Positions 29,796-40,880 of a stretch of 64,000 nt of DNA are shown here, in pieces. This DNA is from Malacoraja senta (taxonomy: Eukaryota), in the NCBI GenBank assembly GCA_038087875.1, contig JAXLNO010000051.1:186001-250000 (forward strand). Direction: 5' to 3'. A program made the translations under genes and the position numbers. Numbering within the stretch: the first letter of the stretch is position 1; every line of letters begins with the position of its first letter. The notes beneath the pieces were generated by a model that was not told the origin of the DNA, did not search any database, and saw nothing but the letters and a program-made list of their open reading frames with translations.

Positions 29796-30115
29796 TCTTA
29801 GTATTTCTACCAATTCAAACAGGCTTGTATGTGGATGAGGAAGTCGAGGATCCAATTGCAGAGGGATGCGGACAGACCAAGTTCCATGAGTTTGGTAACC
29901 AGCTTAGTTTTAATCAAAAAAATAATTATGTAATGGCTCGCAGAAGGCCGGATTGGCCAGGCCTAGGAGCAACACAACCAGGACAACTTTCATGCCGCCC
30001 ACTCGCTAGTTCCCGTAACCGCTCCTCCCACTTTGGGCCCTAGGTGAAGTGGCGGTGCTCCTTGCCCTCTGGACCCTGGCTACAAATGACGCTCTACTGG
30101 TCCCTTGGTACCCAG

Positions 30116-30620
30116 TTTTTTTTAAATTTAATCAAAAATATTTATTCAAATAATAAAACAATATATACAGTACAGTAAAAAACAAAACAGAAACCACCAC
30201 CATAATACACGACGAACAAATATACAAAATAAACTACTATACAACTATGTTACAATCCTTGTTCCTGATGGATTCAAACCCCCCGCGGTACTCAGCAGTC
30301 CCGGAAATCCCCCAGGATGTCAGTGGAAAGCACGTAGTCCCTCGCTAACACCATCCTGGCGCGGAGTAGCCGCGAAAAAGGGGCAGACAGCCGGCTCGGG
30401 CAGAGCCCTCTTCCGCCTGGCGTCGTGACTAGCGGATGGCCAGCATGGCCAGGCCCAGGAGCACCCCAAGTATGACATCTTCAGCACTACCCTCTCCCTA
30501 CGCACAGGGTGTCCAAGGATGAGGATTGTGGGTGTGAAATGTAGTCAGAAGGCAAGAAGCAGCCCCTTTAGATAATAGAACAGGGGCTGCAACCTCACAC
30601 ACTCCATATACACGTGGCAC
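30116..30620 (-). mobile_element. L1-Tx1-like 3' fragment with poly(A) (mirror of 32895-33385)
   Basis: Minus strand ECVRLQPLFYYLKGLLLAF..PTILILG; AATAAA plus A-tail; flanked by ttggta(a/c)ccag. Confidence 0.7.
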
Positions 30621-31103
30621 TTGGTAACCAGTTTTGAGGGGAAGCTGGGTGTTAAGTATAGAGCTGCTGTCTATGAGGAACAGCCTGACGTATGTTTTAG
30701 TTATTCTCCAAGTGATCCAGTGCAGGATGGAGTGCCAGCGTGATCACATTCTCCGTTGATCTTTTGTTGGTATCGGCAAATTATACTGCGTTCAGGTTGT
30801 TATAGAGGTAGGAGTTGATGTGTGCCATCACCGTCCTCTTAAAGCACTTCATCATCACAGACGTTAGTGGCAGCGATCGGTAGTCATTGAGGCACGTTAC
30901 CTTGCCAATATTGACACCGGTATTAATTGTGCTCTTTTACTGTAGATGGGAACCTCAAACCCCAGCAAACCCCAGGAGGGGAATAGCGGACTGAAGAGGG
31001 AGAGTTTATGTAGGTACGCGAGAGATAGGTGTTTGATTCCGTGCAGACAGGCGGTGCCAGTGGTATCAACCCACGCCATCTGTAAAGAGAGGGTGGAGCA
31101 GGT

Positions 31104-32310
31104 TCACTCTCGCCTGGTTAGGTGCTGTAAAAGTAGACATATAGGTTTATCATCCCCGGTCACTATAGGCCACTGCGTATTGCCGTTCACGGCGGAAATA
31201 ACTTCCCCCTTGCGAAGGGGCCCCCGCCGGGGACTGAACCCCAGACCTTCCGGGCATCTTCCTGATGTTTTTTCGTCGATGTGGTGCCATCTGGCTCGAC
31301 TGCAACAGGCAGATGTCGGCTCATGGGTGTCCCCCGAGTCACAGGCCGTTGGTTCAAGTTGTTTACTGCTTGCTGTAACACAAGGGCCCACACAAGGGAA
31401 GTTAGTGTACGTATCTGCTCTTATAGACCATTCATTCGCTTCATCAGCCCTGCTGCTTGTGGGTAATACTGGATGTGGAGGATCCACTGCACCCCATTAT
31501 TAGCTGCCCACTGATGTACTATGTTACCGGTAAAGTGGGACCCATAGTCAGACTGAATCTCCCATGGGGGACCATAGACGGCCATTAGCTGGTACAGTCC
31601 ATATATCTCCCAGCCCTGGGAATGCTACTGTGTCATCCATACAGCCATACCGTCTGCAACTGCCCACGATTCGGTGTCCAGGCGGACTGGAGTAATGTCA
31701 TCAGACAAAGGGTGGGCGGCCGCCTGCCAGACGGCCTTACCTGCAACCCAACGACCAGCCATCATTAAACCATACCTGTTGTTATTCGTCAGGGGGAGAT
31801 CAGAAAATGGACCACCCCGCCCCAGGAATGGGGGAGGCAGGAGGTGGCTCTGGTAGTGGGTGACCTCCTGAGGGGAGGATCTTGACTTCCTCATGCAGAA
31901 GGCTAACAACGCCGGGACCTCGTTCAGCCCAATCAGACATGTACCATTTCCATTTTACAATACAGGAGCGCTGTGCGTGTTCCTCCTTATGGGAGACGTT
32001 GGCGAACATAACCCAGGTCATAATAGGTAAGTGAGGTTGCATAACCACTATCCCACCCGCCGTAAGGTGTTCGGTCGCAAGAACATACAAATAATTGTCG
32101 TTCAAAGGGGGAATATCGCGCGGTGGGATCAGGCAATGTCGTTGTCCAGAAGCCCAGATGCTCCTGCCGTCCGTTATGCTGTTGCCACAGACTCCACTCC
32201 TCCTCACGAGCAGTAGCTGACACCTGCAATTCAAAAGATACATTCTCCCGCCGTAAAGCAAGCAGGAGCGTCTGTTCCACCATTCTCTTTTTCCAGTCAC
32301 TTACCACGAC
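31104..32310 (-). mobile_element. Decayed endogenous retrovirus pol fragment, class III (ERV-L/ERV-S-like): tether, RNase H, integrase
   Basis: Across frames: WSLWQ..LGFW..YSPFERQL; TEHLT..PHLPIMTWV..AQRSCIVKWKWYM..GPGVVSLLHEEV; ESWAVADGMAVW; IQSDYGSHFTG..YYPQAAGLMKRMNGL; LQQAVNNLNQRP; KVW..GNTQW. Confidence 0.8.
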
Positions 32311-32894
32311 GGAGATGCGATTTTTTTCCGTGCCGCATCTCCGTCACCCCATGCGGCCTAACAAGTGGAGTGGTGCGGCCTTTCCTGAATACCGGCCCGG
32401 AGCTTCAAGCCATCTGTGGCAGAATACCACGGATTTACTACCCTCTGACCAATGAAATTCCTCATCATTTTATTTTAAATAGTACGTCTTATTATTCTGA
32501 GGCTAGTCAGAGGGTGGTGAATCTATGCAATTCTGCCACAGACGGCTGTGGGGGCCTCTCATTGCTGAGGTTTGAGGTTCCCATCTACAATAAAGGGGCA
32601 CAAATAATACAATATTGGTAAGGTAACGTGCCTCAATGACTACAGCCTAACGTCTGTGGTGATGAAGTGCTTTAGGAGGACGGTAATGGCGCACATCAAC
32701 TCCTACCTCTATAACAACCTGAACGCAGTATAATTTGCCGATAGCAACAAAAGATCAACGGAGAACGTGATCACGCTGGCACTCCATCCTGCACTGGACC
32801 ACTTGGAGAATAACTAAAACATTCGTCAGGCTGTTCCTCATAGACAGCAGCTCTATACTTAACACCCAGCTTCCCCTCAAAACTGGTTACCAAG

Positions 32895-33385
32895 TGCCAC
32901 GTGTATATGGAGTGTGTGAGGTTGCAGACCCTGTTCTATTATCTAAAGGGGCTGCTTCTTGCCTTCTGGCTACATTTCTCACCCACCATCCTCATCTTTG
33001 GATACCCTGTGCGTAGGGAGAGGATAGTGCTGAATATGCCCTGGGCCTGGCCATGCTGGCCATCCGCTAGTCACGACGCCAGGCGGAAGAGGGCTCTGTC
33101 CGAGCCAACTGCCTGCCCCTTTTCCGGGGCTACATCCGCGCCCGGATGGTGTTAACGAGGGACTACGTGCTTTCCACTGACACCCTGGGGGATTTCCGGG
33201 ACTGCTGGGCACCGCGGGGGTTTGAAAGCATCCTTGACAAGGATTGTAACATAGTTGTATAGTAGTTTATTTTTGTATATTTGTTCGTTGTGTATTATGG
33301 TGGTGGGTTCTGTTTTGTTTTTTACTGTACTGTAAATATTGTTTTAATATTTGAATAAATATTGTTGATTAAATTGTAACAAAAA
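32895..33385 (+). mobile_element. L1-Tx1-like 3' fragment with target-site duplication aaactggttaccaag
   Basis: ORF 32901 ECVRLQTLFYYLKGLLLAFWLHFSPTILIFG; AATAAA at ~33354; TSD at ~32880 and ~33383. Confidence 0.72.
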
Positions 33386-35238
33386 CTGGTTACCAAGGGA
33401 CGAGTAGAGCGTCATTTGTAGCCAGGGTCCAGAGGGCAAGGAGCACCGCCACTTCACCTAGGGTCCAAAGGGGGAGGAGCGGTTACAGGAACTAGGGAGT
33501 GGGCTGGACCGAAGATGTCCTGGTTGGGTTGCTCCTTGGCCTGGCCAATGCGTCCTTCTGCGAGCCATTGCATTTTTTTGGGGATTAAAAACAAAGCTGG
33601 TTACCAAACTCATGGAACTTGGTCTCTGCGCATCCCTCTGCAATTGGATCCTCGACTTCCTCATCCACAGTCTGTTTGAATTGGTAGAAATACTAAGATA
33701 TCCATTATTGAGCAGCTAGCATACACCAACTAAGCGAATGTCATACTCCTGCAGGAGACACACTGCGAAAATGTGTAGAAATACACAATTCCTGAATTCA
33801 CACTAGCTACTTTCACACCACGTAGTATATATGGTCTGGCCACTTTCATCAGAGATGACACGGATTGGGCTATAGAAGGGCAGTCTGCAGAAGACTCAGA
33901 TCTGGAATGGCTTGCAGTGAAGGTTCAGGACGTCACCATCATCAATGTGTACAAGCCACCCCCAGTGCGTCTGGCTACAACATGCATACCAGTGTTCACC
34001 CCACCCTGTGTATACTCAGGTGATGTCAACTGCCACCACACCGAATAGGACTACTCAAGATGGAATAGTGATGGAAACAGCGTCATAGATTGGGCATCCG
34101 CCAATGACCTCACGCTTCCGTATGATCCAAAGGAGCCAAACAGCTTCCATTCAGCCAGCTGGAACACTGGTACAAACCCACACCTAGCCTTTGCCAGTAA
34201 CACAAAGAAGCACCAGTTACCAACGCGCCGGGTTCTGGAGAAATTCCCACGGTCACAGCACCGACCATCACTCATCACCACAACACCACTGGTTGCTCCA
34301 ACATCGAGCGGTGGAACTTCTGCAAGGCCGACTGGGACAAGTTCCAACAACTTACAAATGCAGCCACCTCGGGCCTTCCTCCCCCAGACAGTACCAACCT
34401 GGACTCTTCCAACCAAGCCTACTGCAACATGCTTATCAGTGCAGGCAAGAAACCCATCCCCCGTGGCTAGCAGAGGGATTACATCCCATGCTGGGATGAC
34501 GGGTGTCACCAGATATACGAAGATCATACTGCTGCTGGCACCAAAGAGGATTCTGAAACCACTACCACTACATTGCTCACACGCTTGGATGAGAAACGAC
34601 AAGAACGCTGGATTGAGACGGTTGAATCGATCGATTTCACCAACACGGTAAAGCATGGCACACAGTCAACCGCCTGACCGGCAGAGCTACATCCAAACCC
34701 GACAAATGCCCAGTGACACAGTAACCATCATAGGCCCTCAACTACCCCACGAGCAGGCTGGTTTCCGCCAAGGTCGATCCACTGCAGACCAGGTAACCCT
34801 CCTCACCCAAGACATCGAGGACTGCTTTGAGGCAAATGAAAAGGCACGGGTTGTTCTTATGGATCTCATAGCTGCCTACCGTGTGGCACCGGGGACTAAC
34901 TGCAAAGCTACTTTGGGTGCTGCCAGACAGGCGCATGGTACGCTACATCATGGAGCTGATATTTAACCGCAGCTTTGTGCTTGAGACCAGTGATGGACAG
35001 CAGAGTAGGATAGGTAGACTGCAGAATGGCATCCCACAGGGATCTGTCTTGGCTCCGCTGCTTTTCACCGTGTACATCCATTACCTTCCAGAGACCATCG
35101 CTGGAAAGTATGGGTATGCTGACGATCTAGCCATCCTGATGAGACACAAAGAGAGGCAGACAATCGAAAGCTCCTTGAGTCAAGACATGGGGACTTTGGC
35201 AGTATACCTACGACAGTGGCATCTAAAGCTGAGCGAAG

Positions 35239-37744
35239 TTCCACTTGGATAGATGCAGACCGTTCTATCTGCCCAGAGAGTTTACCTCCACTGTTGTGAC
35301 TGCAGCTTATATTCCTCCTGATGCTAATGCCAAGCTTGCAATGAAAGATCTGCATACTGCCATTAGCAAACAACAGACTCACAACCCCGAGGCAGCCTTC
35401 ATTGTTGCGGGTGACTTCAATCACTCCAACCTGAAGACTGTACACCCCAAATTCCACCAACATTTCTCCTTCGCCACTAGAGAAGACAAGACACTGGACA
35501 AAGTGTACACCAACATGGTTGAAGCTTACAAAGCCGTCCCCCTCCCCCACCTTGGACAGTGTGATCACCTGTCATTGTTACTACTCCCAAAGTACTCCCC
35601 ACTCATCAGACGGGTTAAACCCACTGTGAGGACAATTAAAGTCTGGTCAGAGGAGGCGGACTCCACACTTCAGCAGTGTTTTGGAAACACTGACTGGAAG
35701 GCGTTTGCAGCCCAGGCCACCCTTGACTCCCACACGGACATTGACTCCTATACATCCTCTGTTCTGGACTTTATAAACTCCACCATCAACAGTGTCACCT
35801 CCCTCAAACAGGTGACCATATTCCCGAATCAGAAGCCATGGATGAACAGCGAGGTCAGGCTACTGCTGAAAGCACGGGACACCGCTTTCAGGTCAGGCGA
35901 TGCCCGAGCCTATAGTTCATCCAGGGCTAACCTGAAGAGGGGCATAAAGAAGGCCAAGCACTGCCATAAGCTCAGGATTGAGGAGCACCTCAACAACAAC
36001 TCCGACCCCCGACGCATGTGGCAAGGCATCCGGGCCATCACGGACTTTAGACCCACCAACACCACCCCCACATCCAGCAACGCCTCCTTCATTGAAGAGC
36101 TTAACCACTTCTATGGCCGCTTCGATAGGGACAATCTAGTGATGGCCATCAAGGCGGTGCTCCCTGCCGATCACCAGCCCCTCTCTCTCACCCCCTACGA
36201 CGTGTACGTGGCACTGAGTAGGACTAATGCACGTAAGGCTGCTGGTCCTGACGGCATCCCCGGGCGCGTCCTCATGGCCTGTGCTGCGCAGCTGACAGAC
36301 GTCTGGACTGACATCTTCAACCTGTCACTTGCCCAAGCAGTTGTGCCCACGTGGCTTAAATCCACCTCCATCGTGCCGGTGCCAAAACAATCCACTGCGG
36401 CAAGCCTCAGCGACTTCCGCCCAGTTGCACTTACTCCCATCATCGCCAAGTGCTTCGAGAGGCTGGTCCTGGCACACCTCAAAGGCTGCCTACCCCCCAC
36501 ATTGGATCCCTATCAGTTTTCCTACCGCAAGAACAGGAGTACGGAGGATGCCATCTCAACGGCACTTCATTCCGCCCTCTCCCACCTCGACAACAGAGAC
36601 ACTTACGTAAGAATGATGTTCATCGATTACAGCTCAGCATTCAACACCATCATACCCTCTAAACTGATCACCAAACTCGGTGACCTGGGCATCGACCCCT
36701 CCCTCTGCAACTGGATACTGGACTTTTTAACCAACAGACCCCAGTCTGTTAGGTTAGACAAGCACACCTCTTCAAACCTCACCCTGAACACCGGCGTTCC
36801 ACAGGGCTGTGTGCTGAGCCCCCTCCTCTACTCCCTCTTCACCTATGACTGCACACCTGTACATGGTTCTAACACCGTCATCAAGTATGCAGATCATACA
36901 ACGGTGATTGGCCTCATCAGTAACAACGATGAGTCGGCCTATGGGGAGGAGGTCCAGCTCCTAGCAGCATGGTGCGCTGTCAACAACCTGGCCCTTAACT
37001 CCAAGAAGACCAAGGAGCTCATTGTAGACTTCAGGAAGTCTAGGGGCGGCACGCACACCTCCATCCACATTAACGGGACGGAGGTGGAACGTGTTTCCAG
37101 CTTCAGGTTCCTGGGGGTCAACATCTCCGATGACCTCTCTTGGACCCACAATACCTCAACTCTGGTCAAGAATGCTCACCAGCGTCTCTTCTTTCTGAGG
37201 AGACTAAAGAAGGTTCACCTGTCTCCTCAGATTCTGGTGAACTTCTACCGCTGCACCATCGAGAGCATCGTTACCAACTGTATCACAGTATGGTATGGCA
37301 ACTGCTCTGTCTCCGACCGGAAAGCACTGCAGAGGGTGGTGAAAATTGCCCAACGTATCACCGGTTCCTCACTCCCCTCCATTGAGTCTGTCCAAAGCAA
37401 GCGATAACTGCGAAGGGCGCGCAGCATCGTCATGGACTGCTCTCACCCCAACCACAGATGGTTTACCCTCCTCCCATCCGGGAGGCGCTACAGGTCCCTC
37501 CGTTGCCGGACCAGCAGGTTCAGGAACAGCTTCTTCCCTGCGGCTGTTACTCTACTCAACACTGTACCTCGGTGATTGCCAGTCCCCCCCCCCACCGGAC
37601 ACTCCTCCCACCAGGATTTATTAGATTAATTTATTGCTCATACTTATGTCGCTCTGCTAGGGAGATGCTAACTGCATTTCGTTGTCTCTGTACTGTACAC
37701 TGCACAATGACAATAAAGTTGAATCTGAATCTGAATCTGAATCT
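35239..37744 (+). mobile_element. Rex1/Babar LINE, 5'-truncated, with a 720-aa open EN-RT frame and (GAATCT)n tail
   Basis: ORF 35245-37407: [48 protein letters not shown]. Ends ATGACAATAAA then GAATCT repeats. Confidence 0.93.
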
Positions 37745-37774
37745 GAAGGCAAAACTGTGTCAACAGCATTCCAT

Positions 37775-39176
37775 TTTCAACCTCTCACTTCTGAGGTCTG
37801 AGGTCCCCACCTGCTTCAAAAGGGCATCAATTATACCAGTGCCCAAGAAGTGGTGATGAAGTGCTTTGAGAGGTTGATCATGACGCAGATCAACTCCTAC
37901 CTCGACAAAATCCTGGACCCACTGCAGTTCGCTTACCGCCACAACAGATCAACGGTGGATGCGATCTCGCTGGCCCTGCACTCCGCTCTGGACCACTTGG
38001 ACAACAAAAACTCATATGTCAGGCTGTTATTCATCGATTACAGCTCGGCATTGAACACAATCATCCCCTCCAAGCTGGTTACCAAACTCGCAGAACTGGG
38101 ACTCTATGCATGCCTCTGCAATTGAATCCTCGACTTCCTCACTCTCAGACCACAGTCTGTTCGTATTGGTGGAAATGTGTCAGACTCTATAACAATTAGC
38201 ACGGGAGCACCTCAAGGCTGCGTGCTCAGTCCCCTGCTGTACTCACTCTATACTCATGACTGCGTAGCGGGACATAGTGCGAACTCCATCATCAAGTTCG
38301 CTGATGACACCACTGTTGTGGGACGTATCACTGATTGGGATGAGTCAGAGTATAGAAGAGAGATCGAGCAACTGTCCATATGGTGCCAGCACAACAACCT
38401 GGCCCTCAACACCAGCAAAACCAAGGAACTGATTGTGGACTTTGGAAGGAGTAGGATGGGGACGCACAGTGCCGTTTATATCAACGGGTCGATGGTTGAA
38501 AGGGTCAAGAGCTTCAAATTCCTGGGCGTGCACATCTCTGAAGATCTTTCCTGGTCCGAGAACAATGATGCCATTATTCAGAAAGCACATCAGCGCCTCT
38601 ACTTCCTGAGAAGATTACGGAGAGTCGGTTTGTCAAGGAGGACTCTCTCTAACTTCTACAGGTGGACAGTAGAGAGCATGCTGATCGGTTGAATCGTGGC
38701 TTGGTTCGGCAACTTGTGTGCCCTGGAGAGGAAAAGACTACAAAAGGTAGTAAACACTGCCCAGTCCATCATCGGCTCTGACCTCCCTTCCATCGAGGGG
38801 ATCTACCACAGTCGCTGCCTCCAAAAGGCTGGCAGCATCATCAAGGACCCACACCATCCTGGCCACACACTCATCTCCCTACTACCTTCAGGTAGAAGGT
38901 ACAGGAGCCTGAAGACTGCAACGACCAGGTTCAGGAACAGTTACTTCCCCACAGCCATCAGGCTATTAAACCTGGCTCGGACATAACACTGAACTTTACT
39001 AGCCAATACTGTTATTTGCACTTTATCAGTATATTGACCATTGTGTATATATTTATAGAATGCCTTGTAGTAAATGCCTACTATGTTCTGTTGTGCTCAA
39101 GCAAAGCAAGAATTTCATTGTCCTACCAGGGACACATGACAATAAACTCACTTGACTTGACTTGACTTGACTTGAC
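37775..39176 (+). mobile_element. Second Rex1/Babar LINE (different subfamily), 5'-truncated, (CTTGA)n tail
   Basis: [41 protein letters not shown]. Flanked by duplicated ttccat. Confidence 0.9.
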
Positions 39177-39917
39177 TTCCATCTACACAACAATGAAGCT
39201 AAGCTAGAGCTAGCTGTCTTCGTTAACAACAGGCGCTTGGACTTCGAACAAACACCCACTTACCTCGCCGTGGGTGTTTGTGGCTTCAAATGTTTATGCT
39301 TCACTAACAAGAAGAATGTAGAAATACGTCATCCTCAATAACAATCAATACGGGAGCACCTCAAGGCTGCGTGCTCAGCCCCCTGCTCCACTCACTCCAT
39401 ACTCATGACTGTGTAGCCGGATACAGTGCGAACTCCATCTTCAAGCTCATCGACAACACCACCATTGTTGGGCGAATTACAGATGGTGATGAGTGTGAAA
39501 GGAATGAGATCGACCGATTGGCCAAATGATGCCAGCACAATAACCTGGCTCTCAGTATCAGTAAAATCAATGAACTGATTGTGGACTTTGGAAGAGGAAG
39601 AATGAGGTTCCATAATCCCGTTTATATCAACGGGACGATGGTGGAGAGAGTGAACATTTTTAAATTCCTGGCGTGCATATTTCCGAAGACCCAGCAGACT
39701 AATGCAATTATTAATAAAGCATATCAACGCCTCTACTTCCTGAGAAGATTACGGAGATTCGGTGTGTCAAAGAGGATTCTCTTGAACATCTACAAGTGTA
39801 AAGTGGAGAACATATTGTCTGGTTGCATCATGGCCTGGTTCGACAACTACCCAGTCCATCACCGGCTGTGACCTCCCCACCATTGAAGGGATTTACCGGG
39901 GTCGCTGCCTCAAAAAA

Positions 39918-40880
39918 GAATTTGCCTTGGTGCTCCGCCCGCAAGTCCTACTCGAACTCGAACTCGAGTTCGAGATCGTGTTCGAGATAGAGTACGAGTT
40001 CGAGTGCGAATTCGAATTCGATATCGAGATCGAGTTCGAGATAGAGTTCGAGTTTGAGTTCGAGAGAGAGTTCGAGTTCGAGTTAGAGTTGACGGAATGC
40101 ATGAATGAATGCATGAATGTTTATTGGCCACGTTTATCGTACAAGGAGTTTGCCTTGGTGCTCCGCCCGTAAGTCGAAATCCAACTCGAGTTCGGGATCG
40201 AATTCGAATTCGAGTTCGAGATAGATTTCAAGTTCGAGTTCGAGATAGATTTCGATTTCGTGATAAAGTTCGAGGTCGAGATAGTTCAAGTTCGAATTCG
40301 AGTTTTAGCTAGAGATAGAGTTCGAGTTCAAGATAGAGTTCGAGTTCGAGTTCAAGATAAAGTTCGAGATCGATTTTGATATCGAGTTTGCGTTCGAGGT
40401 AGTTCGAGATAGATTTCAAGTTCGAGAGAGAGTTCGAGATATTTCGAGTTCGAGATAAGAGTTCGAGTTCGAGAGAGAGTTCGAGAGAGAGTTCGAGATA
40501 GATTTCGAGATCGATTTCGAGTTCGAGAGAGAGTTAGAGTTCGTGATAGTTCGCGTTCAAGATAGAGTTCGAGTTCAAGTTCGCATTCGAGTTCGAGATC
40601 GAGATGGAGTTCAAGATAGAGTTCGAGTTTGAGTTCGAGAGAGAGAGAGAGAGAGAGAGAGTTGACTGAATGCATGAATAAATGAATGAATAAGTTTATT
40701 GACCATGTATTCACATACAATGAATTTGCCTTGATGCTCCGCCCTCGTCGAGTTCGAGTTCGGGTATTCGTGATAGTTCGAGTTAGAGTTAGAGTTCAAG
40801 ATATTCGTGATAGAGTTAACTCGAACTCTATCTTGAACTCGAACTATCTCTTGCTAAAACTCGAATTCGAGTTCGAGTTC
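39918..40880 (-). repeat. Hexamer satellite in (GAGTTC)n orientation with cassettes
   Basis: Cassettes at ~39918 (truncated), 40120 and 40695. Confidence 0.93.

Larger units (their letters stand above)
27545..30967 (-). mobile_element. Old fragmented Rex1/Babar-type LINE (pieces ~27545-28118, 29800-29905, 30622-30967) hosting later insertions
   Basis: [43 protein letters not shown]. Homologous to 37775-39000. Confidence 0.8.
33695..39320 (+). mobile_element. Vingi/Ingi-like element, right-arm copy, split by two Rex1 insertions (pieces ~33695-35238, 37745-37774, 39177-39320)
   Basis: EQAGFRQGRSTADQV, NGIPQGSVLAPLLF, YADD. The sequence ctgagcgaag|gcaaaac..gcattccat|ctacacaacaatg is contiguous in the left arm. 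Confidence 0.7.
32562..39915 (+). mobile_element. Old fragmented Rex1-type host element, right arm (pieces ~32562-32894, 33594-33690, 39322-39915)
   Basis: Mirror of 27545-30967. ORF 39581-39871 [15 protein letters not shown]. Confidence 0.75.
27300..40140. repeat. Older inverted duplication, arms ~27300-30967 and ~32562-40140, with a 1.6-kb unique spacer
   Basis: Junction gggcggagcaccaagcaaattcatttttgaggcagcgac (27521) mirrors 39901-39940. agatgggaacctcaaaccccagcaa (30944) mirrors 32562-32586. Rex1, Vingi-like and Tx1 segments occur in mirrored order. Confidence 0.9.

Noticed and set aside
35245..37407. 720-aa ORF as a host or domesticated gene
   Set aside because: It is a 5'-truncated Rex1 with a normal tail, a YADH catalytic change and a premature stop; nothing indicates domestication.
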